Source: Campylobacterota bacterium
GTDB lineage: Bacteria > Campylobacterota > Campylobacteria > Campylobacterales > Sulfurimonadaceae
Length of the DNA stretch: 20,379 nucleotides
NCBI GenBank assembly: GCA_034717975.1
Contig: JAYEMF010000037.1
Coordinates: forward strand, 1 to 20,379
Reading direction: 5' to 3'
The notes under the pieces are model-generated. The model had not been told where the DNA came from and made no database searches. It saw only the letters and a program-made list of their open reading frames with translations. The number at the start of each line of letters is the position of its first letter. The first letter of the stretch is position 1. Shown here one piece after another: positions 1 through 8,462 of the stretch. Position numbers and translations under genes: made by a program.

Positions 1-100
1 TTCAAAAAAGGGAAGAGGATGTATGGCTTTAACGATAGGAATTCCTAGAGAGGTGCATACCGGAGAGAGACGTGTCGCAGCAACACCTGAAACTTCAGAA
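1..100 (+). repeat. Direct repeat copy 1 of the pntA RBS and first 26 codons (partner 2420..2519); may extend beyond the window edge
   Basis: Ungapped alignment at offset 2419 gives 94/100 identity (ttcaaaaaagggaagagga[t/c]gtATGGCTTTAAC...TCAGAA). Confidence 0.95.
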
Positions 101-145
101 AAACAGGAAAAAGGAGAAGTGTTATGTTTAAAATACAGACGTTAA
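23..145 (+). pseudogene. Truncated pntA 5' fragment forming a 40-aa mini-ORF ([40 protein letters not shown]) overlapping the serA start
   Basis: First 26 aa match PntA at 25/26 positions; same RBS; TAA at 143-145 overlaps serA by 22 nt. Confidence 0.75.
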
Positions 146-1296
146 ACAAAATCTCACCCAAAGGTTTGGAGCTGTTTTCTCATGAAGATTATGAAGTAGC
201 GAGCGAAATCAAACATCCTGAAGCCGTTGTATTGCGCAGTTTTTCGATGCATGAGATGGTTCTGCCTGAGACGTTGCATGCTGTTGCCAGAGCGGGTGCC
301 GGGACTAATAATATCCCTATCGAGGAGTGTTCCGAAAAAGGCATCGTAGTGTTTAATACGCCTGGAGCCAACGCCAATGGTGTAACAGAGCTGGTGCTCA
401 CCGGTATGCTGCTGGCTTCACGTGATATTATGGAGGGTGTTGCATGGGTACATGGGTTAAAAGAAGAGGGGGAGAAGATCCCGGCGCTTGTTGAAAAAGG
501 GAAGTCGCAATTTGCAGGCCAGGAGATCAAAGGTAAAAAACTTGGGGTCGTCGGCTTAGGCGCCATCGGCGTGATCGTAGCTAATGATGCGCTTGCATTG
601 GGAATGGAAGTTGTCGGCTATGACCCTTTCCTCTCCGTAGAGTCTGCATGGGAACTCTCAAGGGATGTACAAAAAGCGACGGGACTTGAAACGCTTCTTG
701 GTGATGTTGACTATCTAACCATACATATTCCGCTTATGGAAAGTACAAAAGGGATGTTTGACAGTGAAAAGTTTGGCATGATGAAAGAGGGTATTAAAAT
801 AATGAATTTTGCGCGAGGCGGTCTGGTTAATAATGATGATCTCAAAAGCGCTATTGCATCCGGAAAAGTCTCGGCGTATGTGACGGACTTTCCCGATGCC
901 GACCTGCTTGATATTAAACAGGTGATCCCCATACCTCACCTGGGAGCGTCAACGGGCGAATCAGAAGACAACTGTGCGATAATGGCCTGTCAGCAGGTAA
1001 AGCATTTCCTTGAAACGGGAAATATTAAAAATTCTGTGAACTTTCCTAACTGTGAGCAGCCAAAAATTGCAGGTAAAAAAAGAGTTGTAATTGCCAATAA
1101 AAACATCCCGAATATGATTGGCGAGATCACCTCTTTGCTGGCCAGGCACAAGATTAATATTGCCGACATGCTCAATAAAAGTAAAGGCGATCTTGCTTAC
1201 AACATCATAGATATAGAAGACGGCGATTTCTCTGAAATAACAATCCATCAATTGCGTGCAATCAAGGGTGTTATTATGGTCAGAACCATTGCATAA
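124..1296 (+). CDS. serA: D-3-phosphoglycerate dehydrogenase, 390 aa, with C-terminal ACT domain
   Basis: RAGAGTNNI, NTPGANANGV, GLGAIG...YDP, NFARG and PHLGAST.E motifs; ACT-like tail (NKNIPNMIGEIT..LA...INIADM); AAGGAG RBS. Confidence 0.9.
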   Translation: MFKIQTLNKISPKGLELFSHEDYEVASEIKHPEAVVLRSFSMHEMVLPETLHAVARAGAGTNNIPIEECSEKGIVVFNTPGANANGVTELVLTGMLLASRDIMEGVAWVHGLKEEGEKIPALVEKGKSQFAGQEIKGKKLGVVGLGAIGVIVANDALALGMEVVGYDPFLSVESAWELSRDVQKATGLETLLGDVDYLTIHIPLMESTKGMFDSEKFGMMKEGIKIMNFARGGLVNNDDLKSAIASGKVSAYVTDFPDADLLDIKQVIPIPHLGASTGESEDNCAIMACQQVKHFLETGNIKNSVNFPNCEQPKIAGKKRVVIANKNIPNMIGEITSLLARHKINIADMLNKSKGDLAYNIIDIEDGDFSEITIHQLRAIKGVIMVRTIA

Positions 1297-1335
1297 AGAG
1301 CATCTTCAAATTTTATTACTATCAAAGAGTTGCTG

Positions 1336-2271
1336 ATGAAATATTTTGTTATGCTTGGAACACTCTATTTTATGTTTACACGAAGCGCTCTTTTGGGTCA
1401 AACGGATGCTGTTTTAGAACTTGTCGAGGAACGCAAGATTTACAAACTGTTTAAGGGCTTTGACAAGGAGAGCCGTTTTGAAGCCAGCGGGATAACAGCA
1501 ACACCGGAACATTTTTATATTGTGTTTGACAACAAGGATTCGATCGCAAAAATCAGTTCTAGGAAGCTTGAACAAAGCAAGTATAACCGCTTGATCGGAA
1601 AAGGTGCCAAAGGCTTTGAAGGCATTACCTACAACCCGTATCATAACTCTTTTTATCTCCTTGTCGAGTCTGAAAAGCAGCAGGGAAAACACCGTGGTAA
1701 AATTTACGAATATACAACCGAAATGAAGCTTCTGGACCATCATGTGCCTGACCTTGTTTTCAAAAAAGCAAACAAGGGTTTTGAAGGTATTGTCTACTTT
1801 CAAAATGATACGCGGGAGTATTTGCTGTTATTGTGTGAAGGCAATCGTTGTAAAAGCGGCAAAAAAGGTACAACTCCCGGTTACGGAAGAATCACGGTCT
1901 ATGAAAAAAAGAGAGGAAAATTCAGCTACATCGAGACAGTGAAACTACCTGACACCCTTCATTTTACTGACTATTCCGGAATGGATTTCAAAGAGGGGAG
2001 ACTGGCCGTTGTCTCTCAGGAGTCTTCCCGACTCTGGATTGGAAGACTCGATACAAACAGATGGAAAATTCAGGGAAAAGGGAAACAGTATGATTTCCCC
2101 CGAACGGGAAAAGGCAATATAAAATACTGCAACATTGAAGGGGTGGCCTGGCTGTTATCCGACACAGTTGTGACAGTAAGTGACAAACGGAAAAAGAAAC
2201 AGCCTGAGCGCTGTGTTAAAAAAGACCAATCTATTCATATTTTTAAATTGCATAACAGGTCGTTGTTGTAG
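1336..2271 (+). CDS. Hypothetical secreted protein, probable beta-propeller (SdiA-regulated/YjiK-like)
   Basis: ORF open from TTG 1330, ATG at 1336 preferred; signal-peptide-like N-terminus; recurring blade motifs FEASGIT, FEGITY, FEGIVY, YSGMDF, IEGVAW. Confidence 0.6.
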   Translation: MKYFVMLGTLYFMFTRSALLGQTDAVLELVEERKIYKLFKGFDKESRFEASGITATPEHFYIVFDNKDSIAKISSRKLEQSKYNRLIGKGAKGFEGITYNPYHNSFYLLVESEKQQGKHRGKIYEYTTEMKLLDHHVPDLVFKKANKGFEGIVYFQNDTREYLLLLCEGNRCKSGKKGTTPGYGRITVYEKKRGKFSYIETVKLPDTLHFTDYSGMDFKEGRLAVVSQESSRLWIGRLDTNRWKIQGKGKQYDFPRTGKGNIKYCNIEGVAWLLSDTVVTVSDKRKKKQPERCVKKDQSIHIFKLHNRSLL

Positions 2272-2385
2272 TTTCTGCATGCTGGTATCCAAAAAATAGA
2301 GTTGTTTAGGAACTGGTTTTGTTTTAGCTCTTCTGAGATGGAATGTATAAGCTGAGCCTTTAATAAAAATAGCGCAAATGTTAAG

Positions 2386-2401
2386 AGTATACATGTATAC
2401 T
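2386..2401. promoter_or_regulatory. Perfect 16-bp palindrome AGTATACATGTATACT overlapping a candidate -10 (TATACT, 2396-2401) of pntAB
   Basis: Sequence equals its own reverse complement; ends 40 bp upstream of the pntA ATG. Confidence 0.55.
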
Positions 2402-2419
2402 AAAAACAGAAATTAAGTG

Positions 2420-2519
2420 TTCAAAAAAGGGAAGAGGACGTATGGCTTTAACAATAGGAATTCCCAGAGAGGTGCATAGCGGAGAGAGACGTGTCGCAGC
2501 AACCCCTGAAACATCAGAA
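2420..2519 (+). repeat. Direct repeat copy 2 (native pntA leader and 5' end)
   Basis: 94/100 identical to 1..100. Confidence 0.95.
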
Positions 2520-4016
2520 GAGCTGCAAAAGCTTGGGTTTAGTGTGCTGCTTGAAACCGATGCCGGGGAGAGTGCCAGTTTTCCTGATGATCTCTACCGG
2601 GAAGTGGGTGTTGAGATTATCAGTGATACAAAAACACTATGGAAAAGATCAGATATTATTCTGAAAGTTCGCGCGCCTGAAGTACATCCTCAGCTTGGCA
2701 TACATGAGGCAGAGCTTTTGGAGGAGGGAGCGTATCTGCTCAGCTTCATCTGGCCGGCACAAAACCCGGATCTGATGGAGAGACTGGCTGAGCGTAAAGC
2801 AACTGTACTGGCCATGGACAGCGTTCCGCGAATATCCAGGGCGCAAAAGCTTGATGCACTCAGTTCGATGGCCAACATTGCCGGATACCGTGCAGTAGTG
2901 GAAGCGGCCAGTCAGTTTGGACGGTTCTTGACCGGGCAGATCACTGCAGCCGGAAAAGTGGCTCCGGCCAAAGTCCTGGTGATTGGTGCCGGTGTAGCAG
3001 GTCTGGCCGCTGTAGGAACTGCGAACTCCATGGGAGCCATTGTACGTGCTTTTGATACCCGTCCCGAAGTCAAAGAGCAGGTAGAGAGTATGGGTGCAGA
3101 GTTCCTGGAACTCGACTTTGAGGAAGATGCCGAGGGTACGGGCGGTTATGCCAAAGTTATGAGCCCTGAGTTTATCAAGGCTGAGATGGAGCTCTTCGCC
3201 AATCAGGCGATGGAGGTCGATATTATCATTACTACGGCATTGATCCCGGGCAGACCGGCACCGGAACTGATTACCGAGGGAATGGTCGAGTCCATGCGCG
3301 AGGGAAGTGTCATTGTAGATCTTGCCGCTGAAAACGGGGGTAACTGTACCTTGACCGAACCGGGTGAAGTGGTAGTCAAACACGGTGTGACGCTGATCGG
3401 TTACACTGACCTTCCAAGCCGACTTCCCACCCAGTCGAGCCAGCTCTACGGAACCAATCTTCGGCATATGCTCAGTGACCTCTGCAAAGAGAGAGATGGA
3501 GAGATGACGATAGATATGGATGATGAGGTTATCCGCGGTACTACTGTTATCAGGGAGGGTGTTGTTACCTGGCCGCCTCCCGCGATAAAGGTTCCTGCCG
3601 CTCCCAAGCCGCAGGAGACCTTGAGTGAAACTGTAATGAAAACTGAAGAGAAGAAGAGCAGCAGATACGGAACTGCACTGCTTATGATCTTCGGTATTGC
3701 TGCAATGGCGGGACTCGGCTATGTCTCACCCCCGGACTTTCTGGCCCATTTTACGGTCTTTGTATTGGCCTGTTTTGTAGGTTATCAGGTGGTCTGGAAT
3801 GTAACACCTGCCTTGCATACACCGCTGATGAGCGTAACGAATGCCATAAGCGGCATCATCGTCCTGGGTGCACTGGTACAGTTCTCCGCAGAGTCCTCGA
3901 CTACAATTATGCTCTTGTCCCTGGTGGCGATTCTGGTTTCGGCTATCAATATCAGCGGTGGTTTCCTTGTAACCCATCGTATGTTGAAGATGTTTCAAAA
4001 AGATGAGGAGAAGTGA
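2442..4016 (+). CDS. pntA: NAD(P)+ transhydrogenase (Re/Si) subunit alpha, single-chain type
   Basis: [34 protein letters not shown]...FDTR, GGYAK loop, C-terminal TM part with [13 protein letters not shown]. Confidence 0.98.
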   Translation: MALTIGIPREVHSGERRVAATPETSEELQKLGFSVLLETDAGESASFPDDLYREVGVEIISDTKTLWKRSDIILKVRAPEVHPQLGIHEAELLEEGAYLLSFIWPAQNPDLMERLAERKATVLAMDSVPRISRAQKLDALSSMANIAGYRAVVEAASQFGRFLTGQITAAGKVAPAKVLVIGAGVAGLAAVGTANSMGAIVRAFDTRPEVKEQVESMGAEFLELDFEEDAEGTGGYAKVMSPEFIKAEMELFANQAMEVDIIITTALIPGRPAPELITEGMVESMREGSVIVDLAAENGGNCTLTEPGEVVVKHGVTLIGYTDLPSRLPTQSSQLYGTNLRHMLSDLCKERDGEMTIDMDDEVIRGTTVIREGVVTWPPPAIKVPAAPKPQETLSETVMKTEEKKSSRYGTALLMIFGIAAMAGLGYVSPPDFLAHFTVFVLACFVGYQVVWNVTPALHTPLMSVTNAISGIIVLGALVQFSAESSTTIMLLSLVAILVSAINISGGFLVTHRMLKMFQKDEEK

Positions 4017-5410
4017 TGAGTGAAGGTTTACTGACTGTTGCATATATTATTGCCAGTGTTCTATTCATCTTGAGCCTCAGAGGATTGAGTCATCAGGAGA
4101 GTGCCCGCCGTGGTAATATCTATGGTATGTACGGTATGCTTATTGCCATTGCGGCCACTGTTTTGGGTGGTGAATCAGCCGGCGTGGAAGGAGTGCTTGC
4201 TGCGATGATCGTCGGTGGCATCATCGGGGCCGTCGTTGCAACAAGGGTCGAGATGACCGGGATGCCTCAACTGGTTGCCATGTTACACAGTTTTGTAGGG
4301 TTGGCGGCAGTGCTGGTAGGTTATGCCAATTACCTGGATCCGGAAGCTGCTTTGCACTTCAGCGGGGTGGGAAAAACGATTCACGATGTGGAGATTTACC
4401 TTGGAATTTTGATCGGTGCGGTGACGTTTACCGGCTCGCTGATCGCTTTTGGGAAACTGCAGGGTGTTATCGGCAGCAATCCTCTGCTTCTGCCGGCCCG
4501 TCATTGGCTCAACCTGGGACTTGGAGTGGCAACTGTCTGGCTAGGTGCCCAGTTTGTCAATGCGGATACGGTTTCTGAAGGAGCAACGCTTCTGGCGATC
4601 ATGACGCTGATCGCATTGGCTTTTGGTGTGCATATGGTAATGGCCATCGGCGGAGCAGATATGCCAGTAGTAGTTTCAATGCTTAACAGCTATTCGGGCT
4701 GGGCCGCTGCGGCGACAGGTTTTATGCTTTCGAATGACCTGCTGATCATTACGGGTGCATTGGTCGGAAGCAGCGGTGCTATTCTTTCGTACATTATGAG
4801 CCGTGCTATGAACCGCAGTTTTATCAGTGTCATTGCCGGAGGTTTTGGTACTGTTTCAGGAGAGGCTTCTGCCTCTGCAGTAGATGGTGAAACCATCTCC
4901 ATCGCCGCAGAGGAGACGGCAGAACTCTTAAGAGACGCGAAGCGGGTGATCATCGTTCCCGGTTACGGTATGGCGGTAGCCCAGGCCCAGCATCCCCTTG
5001 CGGAAATCACTAAAAAACTTCGAAACAGCGGGGTTGATGTACGTTTTGGTATTCACCCTGTTGCCGGACGGCTTCCGGGGCATATGAACGTGCTGCTCGC
5101 AGAGGCAAGAGTTCCTTATGATATTGTCCTTGAAATGGATGAGATCAATGCAGATTTTTCAGATACGGATGTGGTCCTGGTCATTGGTGCCAACGATACC
5201 GTAAACCCCTCTGCCATGGAAGACCCCTCAAGCCCAATTGCGGGAATGCCGGTTTTGGAAGTGTGGAAAGCAAAGAGTGTGGTAGTGATGAAACGGAGTA
5301 TGGCATCTGGTTATGCCGGTGTCGCAAACCCTCTCTTTTTCAAGGCCAATACCAGTATGCTGTTCGGCGATGCAAAAACGGGAGTTGATACCATACTTGG
5401 CAAGCTGTAG
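4016..5410 (+). CDS. pntB: NAD(P)+ transhydrogenase subunit beta
   Basis: [77 protein letters not shown] overlap with pntA and GAGGAG RBS (GTG 4013 is an alternative start). Confidence 0.98.
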   Translation: MSEGLLTVAYIIASVLFILSLRGLSHQESARRGNIYGMYGMLIAIAATVLGGESAGVEGVLAAMIVGGIIGAVVATRVEMTGMPQLVAMLHSFVGLAAVLVGYANYLDPEAALHFSGVGKTIHDVEIYLGILIGAVTFTGSLIAFGKLQGVIGSNPLLLPARHWLNLGLGVATVWLGAQFVNADTVSEGATLLAIMTLIALAFGVHMVMAIGGADMPVVVSMLNSYSGWAAAATGFMLSNDLLIITGALVGSSGAILSYIMSRAMNRSFISVIAGGFGTVSGEASASAVDGETISIAAEETAELLRDAKRVIIVPGYGMAVAQAQHPLAEITKKLRNSGVDVRFGIHPVAGRLPGHMNVLLAEARVPYDIVLEMDEINADFSDTDVVLVIGANDTVNPSAMEDPSSPIAGMPVLEVWKAKSVVVMKRSMASGYAGVANPLFFKANTSMLFGDAKTGVDTILGKL

Positions 5411-5452
5411 AACAGCATGACTTCAGGACTCCTTCAACTTCTGGGGTCTAAT

Positions 5453-5824
5453 TTATGATGCAGTCGATCCATGGGGCCAGAAACGGATCGCATTGCGTAC
5501 CTTTTCCACCCCCAGTTTTATACCGCTGTGACGCATGATCTTTGCTACTTTTTTCCACATTGGGCGTTCATAGCATGGGTTGGGGCATGCCCGGCATTTT
5601 GGTTTGTCGTCAAACGGGCATCCCTGAAGTCTGGCCATCCCGTATGCCACGGTTTCGGCACACTCCTCGCAAAGCAGCGCTTCAAGAGGTTCGGTACGTT
5701 CACCGGCGTACTTCAGCGTAATAGAATGGTTTTTTGTGGGAACATCCGTATGCTTGTCAGCACAATAGTGTGAAACAAACGTCGTTAATGTCGTCACTTC
5801 CTGAGTATATTTTTCAAATGTCAT
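5453..5824 (-). CDS. YgbA-family ('nitrous oxide-stimulated promoter') Cys-rich protein
   Basis: YC..KH, LCEEC, Y...RL..CPF..KPKC..CP.PCY......V.KIMRHSG signature. Confidence 0.85.
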   Translation of the reverse strand: MTFEKYTQEVTTLTTFVSHYCADKHTDVPTKNHSITLKYAGERTEPLEALLCEECAETVAYGMARLQGCPFDDKPKCRACPNPCYERPMWKKVAKIMRHSGIKLGVEKVRNAIRFWPHGSTAS

Positions 5825-5849
5825 AATTACAATCCAAGTTCTTATTCGG

Positions 5850-5891
5850 ATTATAAACCAAAAATCATCTTTCCCTCTTGATGATAATCAA
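5850..5891 (-). promoter_or_regulatory. Class II CRP/FNR-family promoter: TTGAT-GATA-ATCAA (5878-5891) plus -10 TATAAT (5855-5850)
   Basis: Perfect FNR consensus TTGAT-N4-ATCAA centred at 5884.5, i.e. -41.5 if the TATAAT is -12..-7. Confidence 0.8.
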
Positions 5892-5943
5892 TTTCAGGCC
5901 TTTATCTGACATTTTCTCAAATATATGCTCCAGTTACCCATTA

Positions 5944-5952
5944 GGGGGGGGG
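5944..5952 (+). repeat. G9 homopolymer in the nhaD/ygbA-like intergenic region
   Basis: tta-ggggggggg-atc read directly. Confidence 0.9.
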
Positions 5953-5981
5953 ATCTCAGTTCTAAAAAGTAGCTTCTCGTA

Positions 5982-7292
5982 TTATTTTGATAAGTGAAAT
6001 CCAAATATTTCAAATTGAAGATAAAATACTCCAACAGAAATCATATATCCAAAAGCTATTGTCCAGGCATATTTCATATGCGTTCCAACGGTATAAATAC
6101 CCCGCAATCTCCCCATGACACCGACACCGGCAGCCGATCCAAAACTTATGAGCGATCCACCGATGCCTGCGGTTAATGTTATGAGCATCCAATGTGTTGC
6201 ATCCATTGCCGGATTGGCTTTGAGTACGGCAAACATAAGGGGTACATTGTCAATGATTGCAGATATGACACCAATCAGAACATTGACCCAGAAAGGGTCC
6301 AGCATATCATAAATATTGGCTGCAATGGCAATATAACCGATATAGGCCAGTCCGGACACCGCTGCCAAAAGTCCGAAGAAAAAGAGCAGTGTATCATTTT
6401 CAATTTCCGCCATTCGGCGATAAAGCCATATGCGCTCTTTGAACTTTATTTTCAGATAACTGGAGTAAAAACCAAACAGTCCAAGCCCCATCATCATGCC
6501 CCAGAAAGCCGGCAAATGCAATATCTGGTGCATTGAGACGGCCATAATAATAGTCGCTATGCCAAGAAAGACGATGCCTACTCCCCCTTTTTTTATTTTT
6601 GCGTTTTCCGGTCTTTTGCATGCACCTGTATTATCCATGTCTGTTGGAGAGCCGCAAGGCAAATAGTTCGATAGCAGATACGCTGTCACAACCCAACCGA
6701 TAAAACTGGCGGGAAACAGAAACAGGAATTCAGCAAAAGTACCTTTTCCCGCCGTCCAGACCATCAGTGTGGTGATATCTCCAAAAGGGGACCAGGCACC
6801 CCCGGCATTGGCGGCAACGACAATATTGATAGCTCCTAAAATCAAAAACTGCCTGTTGTGGTGTTCGAGTGTCAGCAAGACCGTTGATAAAACCAGGGCC
6901 GTTGTTAAATTGTCTGCGACCGGACTTAAAAAAAATGCTATAAAACCTGTCACCCAAAAAAGTTTCTTATAGTTGTATCCCTTTTGCAGCAATTTGAATT
7001 TCAATGCTTCAAAAACACCTCTTTCTATCAGTGATTCTATATAGGTCATCGCGACGAATAAAAAGAAATAGATAGAGGCTATCTCAACGATTAAATGATG
7101 TATATTCTCTTGCAACGGGGCGATATCAAGCCCATAAAAAATGTAGTGCCCTGCAATTAAAACATAGATCAGCGTACCGGCCAAAAGTGCCGGTTTTGCT
7201 TTATTGACTGCAATTTTTTCTTCAAATGCAATCATTAGATAGGCGATTATAAAGAGTAAGACAGAGGCGTATCCGACAAATGAATCAACCAC
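5982..7292 (-). CDS. nhaD: Na+/H+ antiporter NhaD
   Basis: FFLSPVADNLTTAL, AANAGGAWSPFGDITTLM, SAIIDNVP, GIGGSLISFGSAAGV motifs; GTG at 7292 lies 6 nt after GGAG (ORF track start TTG 7298). Confidence 0.92.
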   Translation of the reverse strand: MVDSFVGYASVLLFIIAYLMIAFEEKIAVNKAKPALLAGTLIYVLIAGHYIFYGLDIAPLQENIHHLIVEIASIYFFLFVAMTYIESLIERGVFEALKFKLLQKGYNYKKLFWVTGFIAFFLSPVADNLTTALVLSTVLLTLEHHNRQFLILGAINIVVAANAGGAWSPFGDITTLMVWTAGKGTFAEFLFLFPASFIGWVVTAYLLSNYLPCGSPTDMDNTGACKRPENAKIKKGGVGIVFLGIATIIMAVSMHQILHLPAFWGMMMGLGLFGFYSSYLKIKFKERIWLYRRMAEIENDTLLFFFGLLAAVSGLAYIGYIAIAANIYDMLDPFWVNVLIGVISAIIDNVPLMFAVLKANPAMDATHWMLITLTAGIGGSLISFGSAAGVGVMGRLRGIYTVGTHMKYAWTIAFGYMISVGVFYLQFEIFGFHLSK

Positions 7293-7307
7293 AGGCAACT
7301 CCAGACT

Positions 7308-8315
7308 TTAGTAATTGTTATCTACGATATAGGCATCCGGCTCAATAGCAAGATGGACCCTTTTGAGCTCTTTTTTTGCTTTTTCGTTATTTGGAAACGG
7401 ACCGATCAATACTCTTGTCAACTTTTCCCCATCATAGATGATTTCATTGAACGTATATCTATAGCCACTGAGCAAGATGTTTTCCAGCTGTTTTTTTTCG
7501 GGAGGATACTTGCTGAACGTGTAGATGTTTATGTAATAACCTGATCGTATCGATCTCTGTTTAACGCTCTTTTTCTTTGGAACAGCTGCCTGCTGTGGCG
7601 CGATTATTTGAATGTTCTCATCCATATCTTTGGATGCCAGATCGGCTATGCCGTTTATGCCCATGATAAGGTGGAATGCGTGAGGAGTCTGCTCTCTGAC
7701 ACATATAACATGCAGAGCCCTTTCAATGGAAAGATCACTATTGTCCCATTTGGCAGTTTCGGGAGTAGCGCCGAAACGGATATAGGAGACCTCTTCACTC
7801 TTTTGAAGCTTTACAGGCGGGTTTGATGCTATCAAGGTCATCTCTTTGGTGGCTTCGGAAAAAGGCACCTTGTATAACTCCTGAACGTTTGGAAGCTTCC
7901 AGTCGCTGTGACCGCCAAATGTAGCTTGTTGACACGCTTTCATCGCCTGATGGTAGGTCATCTCTATCGGTTGAAGCAGCACACCGTCTTTATATCTTTC
8001 AAAGGTGTATAGATATCCTTCTGTGTTCCATAGCTTTTTTGTATGAATTTTGCCGGATCTATAGATGGTCTCAGACTCTTTTTGACCATTCTCATACCAT
8101 TGACTCCCTTCACCTGTCGCTTTGCCGTTATGAAAAAAGAGTTCAGCTTTTTTCTGCCCATCCGGATGGAGTTGTATGACGCAACCCTCAAACGGAGTCG
8201 CACTGTTGAATGTGTAGAGTACCCCCTCTTTTAATTCTGTCTGATATTGCGGGATACACGACGCTGTGAGGGTTAGGGGTAAAAGAAGGGTGAACAATAA
8301 AAGTTTGTAAAACAT
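7308..8315 (-). CDS. Exported protein with MORN-variant repeats, a DUF1566-like domain and a C-terminal SPOR domain
   Basis: Signal peptide; HPDGQKKAE/YENGQKESE repeats; MTYHQAMKAC...GGHSDWKLPNVQEL...VICVR; GYYINI.TFS...RVLIGPF...AKKEL...IEPDAYIV. Confidence 0.7.
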   Translation of the reverse strand: MFYKLLLFTLLLPLTLTASCIPQYQTELKEGVLYTFNSATPFEGCVIQLHPDGQKKAELFFHNGKATGEGSQWYENGQKESETIYRSGKIHTKKLWNTEGYLYTFERYKDGVLLQPIEMTYHQAMKACQQATFGGHSDWKLPNVQELYKVPFSEATKEMTLIASNPPVKLQKSEEVSYIRFGATPETAKWDNSDLSIERALHVICVREQTPHAFHLIMGINGIADLASKDMDENIQIIAPQQAAVPKKKSVKQRSIRSGYYINIYTFSKYPPEKKQLENILLSGYRYTFNEIIYDGEKLTRVLIGPFPNNEKAKKELKRVHLAIEPDAYIVDNNY

Positions 8316-8343
8316 CTGCAGCCTTTCGCAAGAGGTCTAATGA

Positions 8344-8352
8344 ATTATATCA
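8344..8352 (-). promoter_or_regulatory. Extended -10 promoter TGATATAAT for the SPOR protein-nhaD unit
   Basis: Plus strand ATTATATCA, 28 bp upstream of the ATG at 8315; AAAGG RBS in between. Confidence 0.65.
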
Positions 8353-8462
8353 AAAGTCAAGGATTGAGTACTCTGGTTTCTTAAAAAATTTCCCATTAAA
8401 AAATAATCAGTATAACAAAGCTGTAGGTTTTGTAAAATATAGACTCACAGGAGGAGTCGTGT

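Noticed and set aside
2649..3467. 272-aa minus-strand ORF and the other short overlapping ORFs in the track
   Set aside because: All lie antisense or out of frame within well-supported genes.
5427..5448. GACTCC-N10-GGGGTC hairpin between pntB and the ygbA-like gene as a terminator
   Set aside because: Short stem with a G-U pair, large loop and no clear U-tract.
8442..8458. GACTC/GAGTC hairpin over the DUF4116 RBS
   Set aside because: A 5-bp stem is expected by chance.
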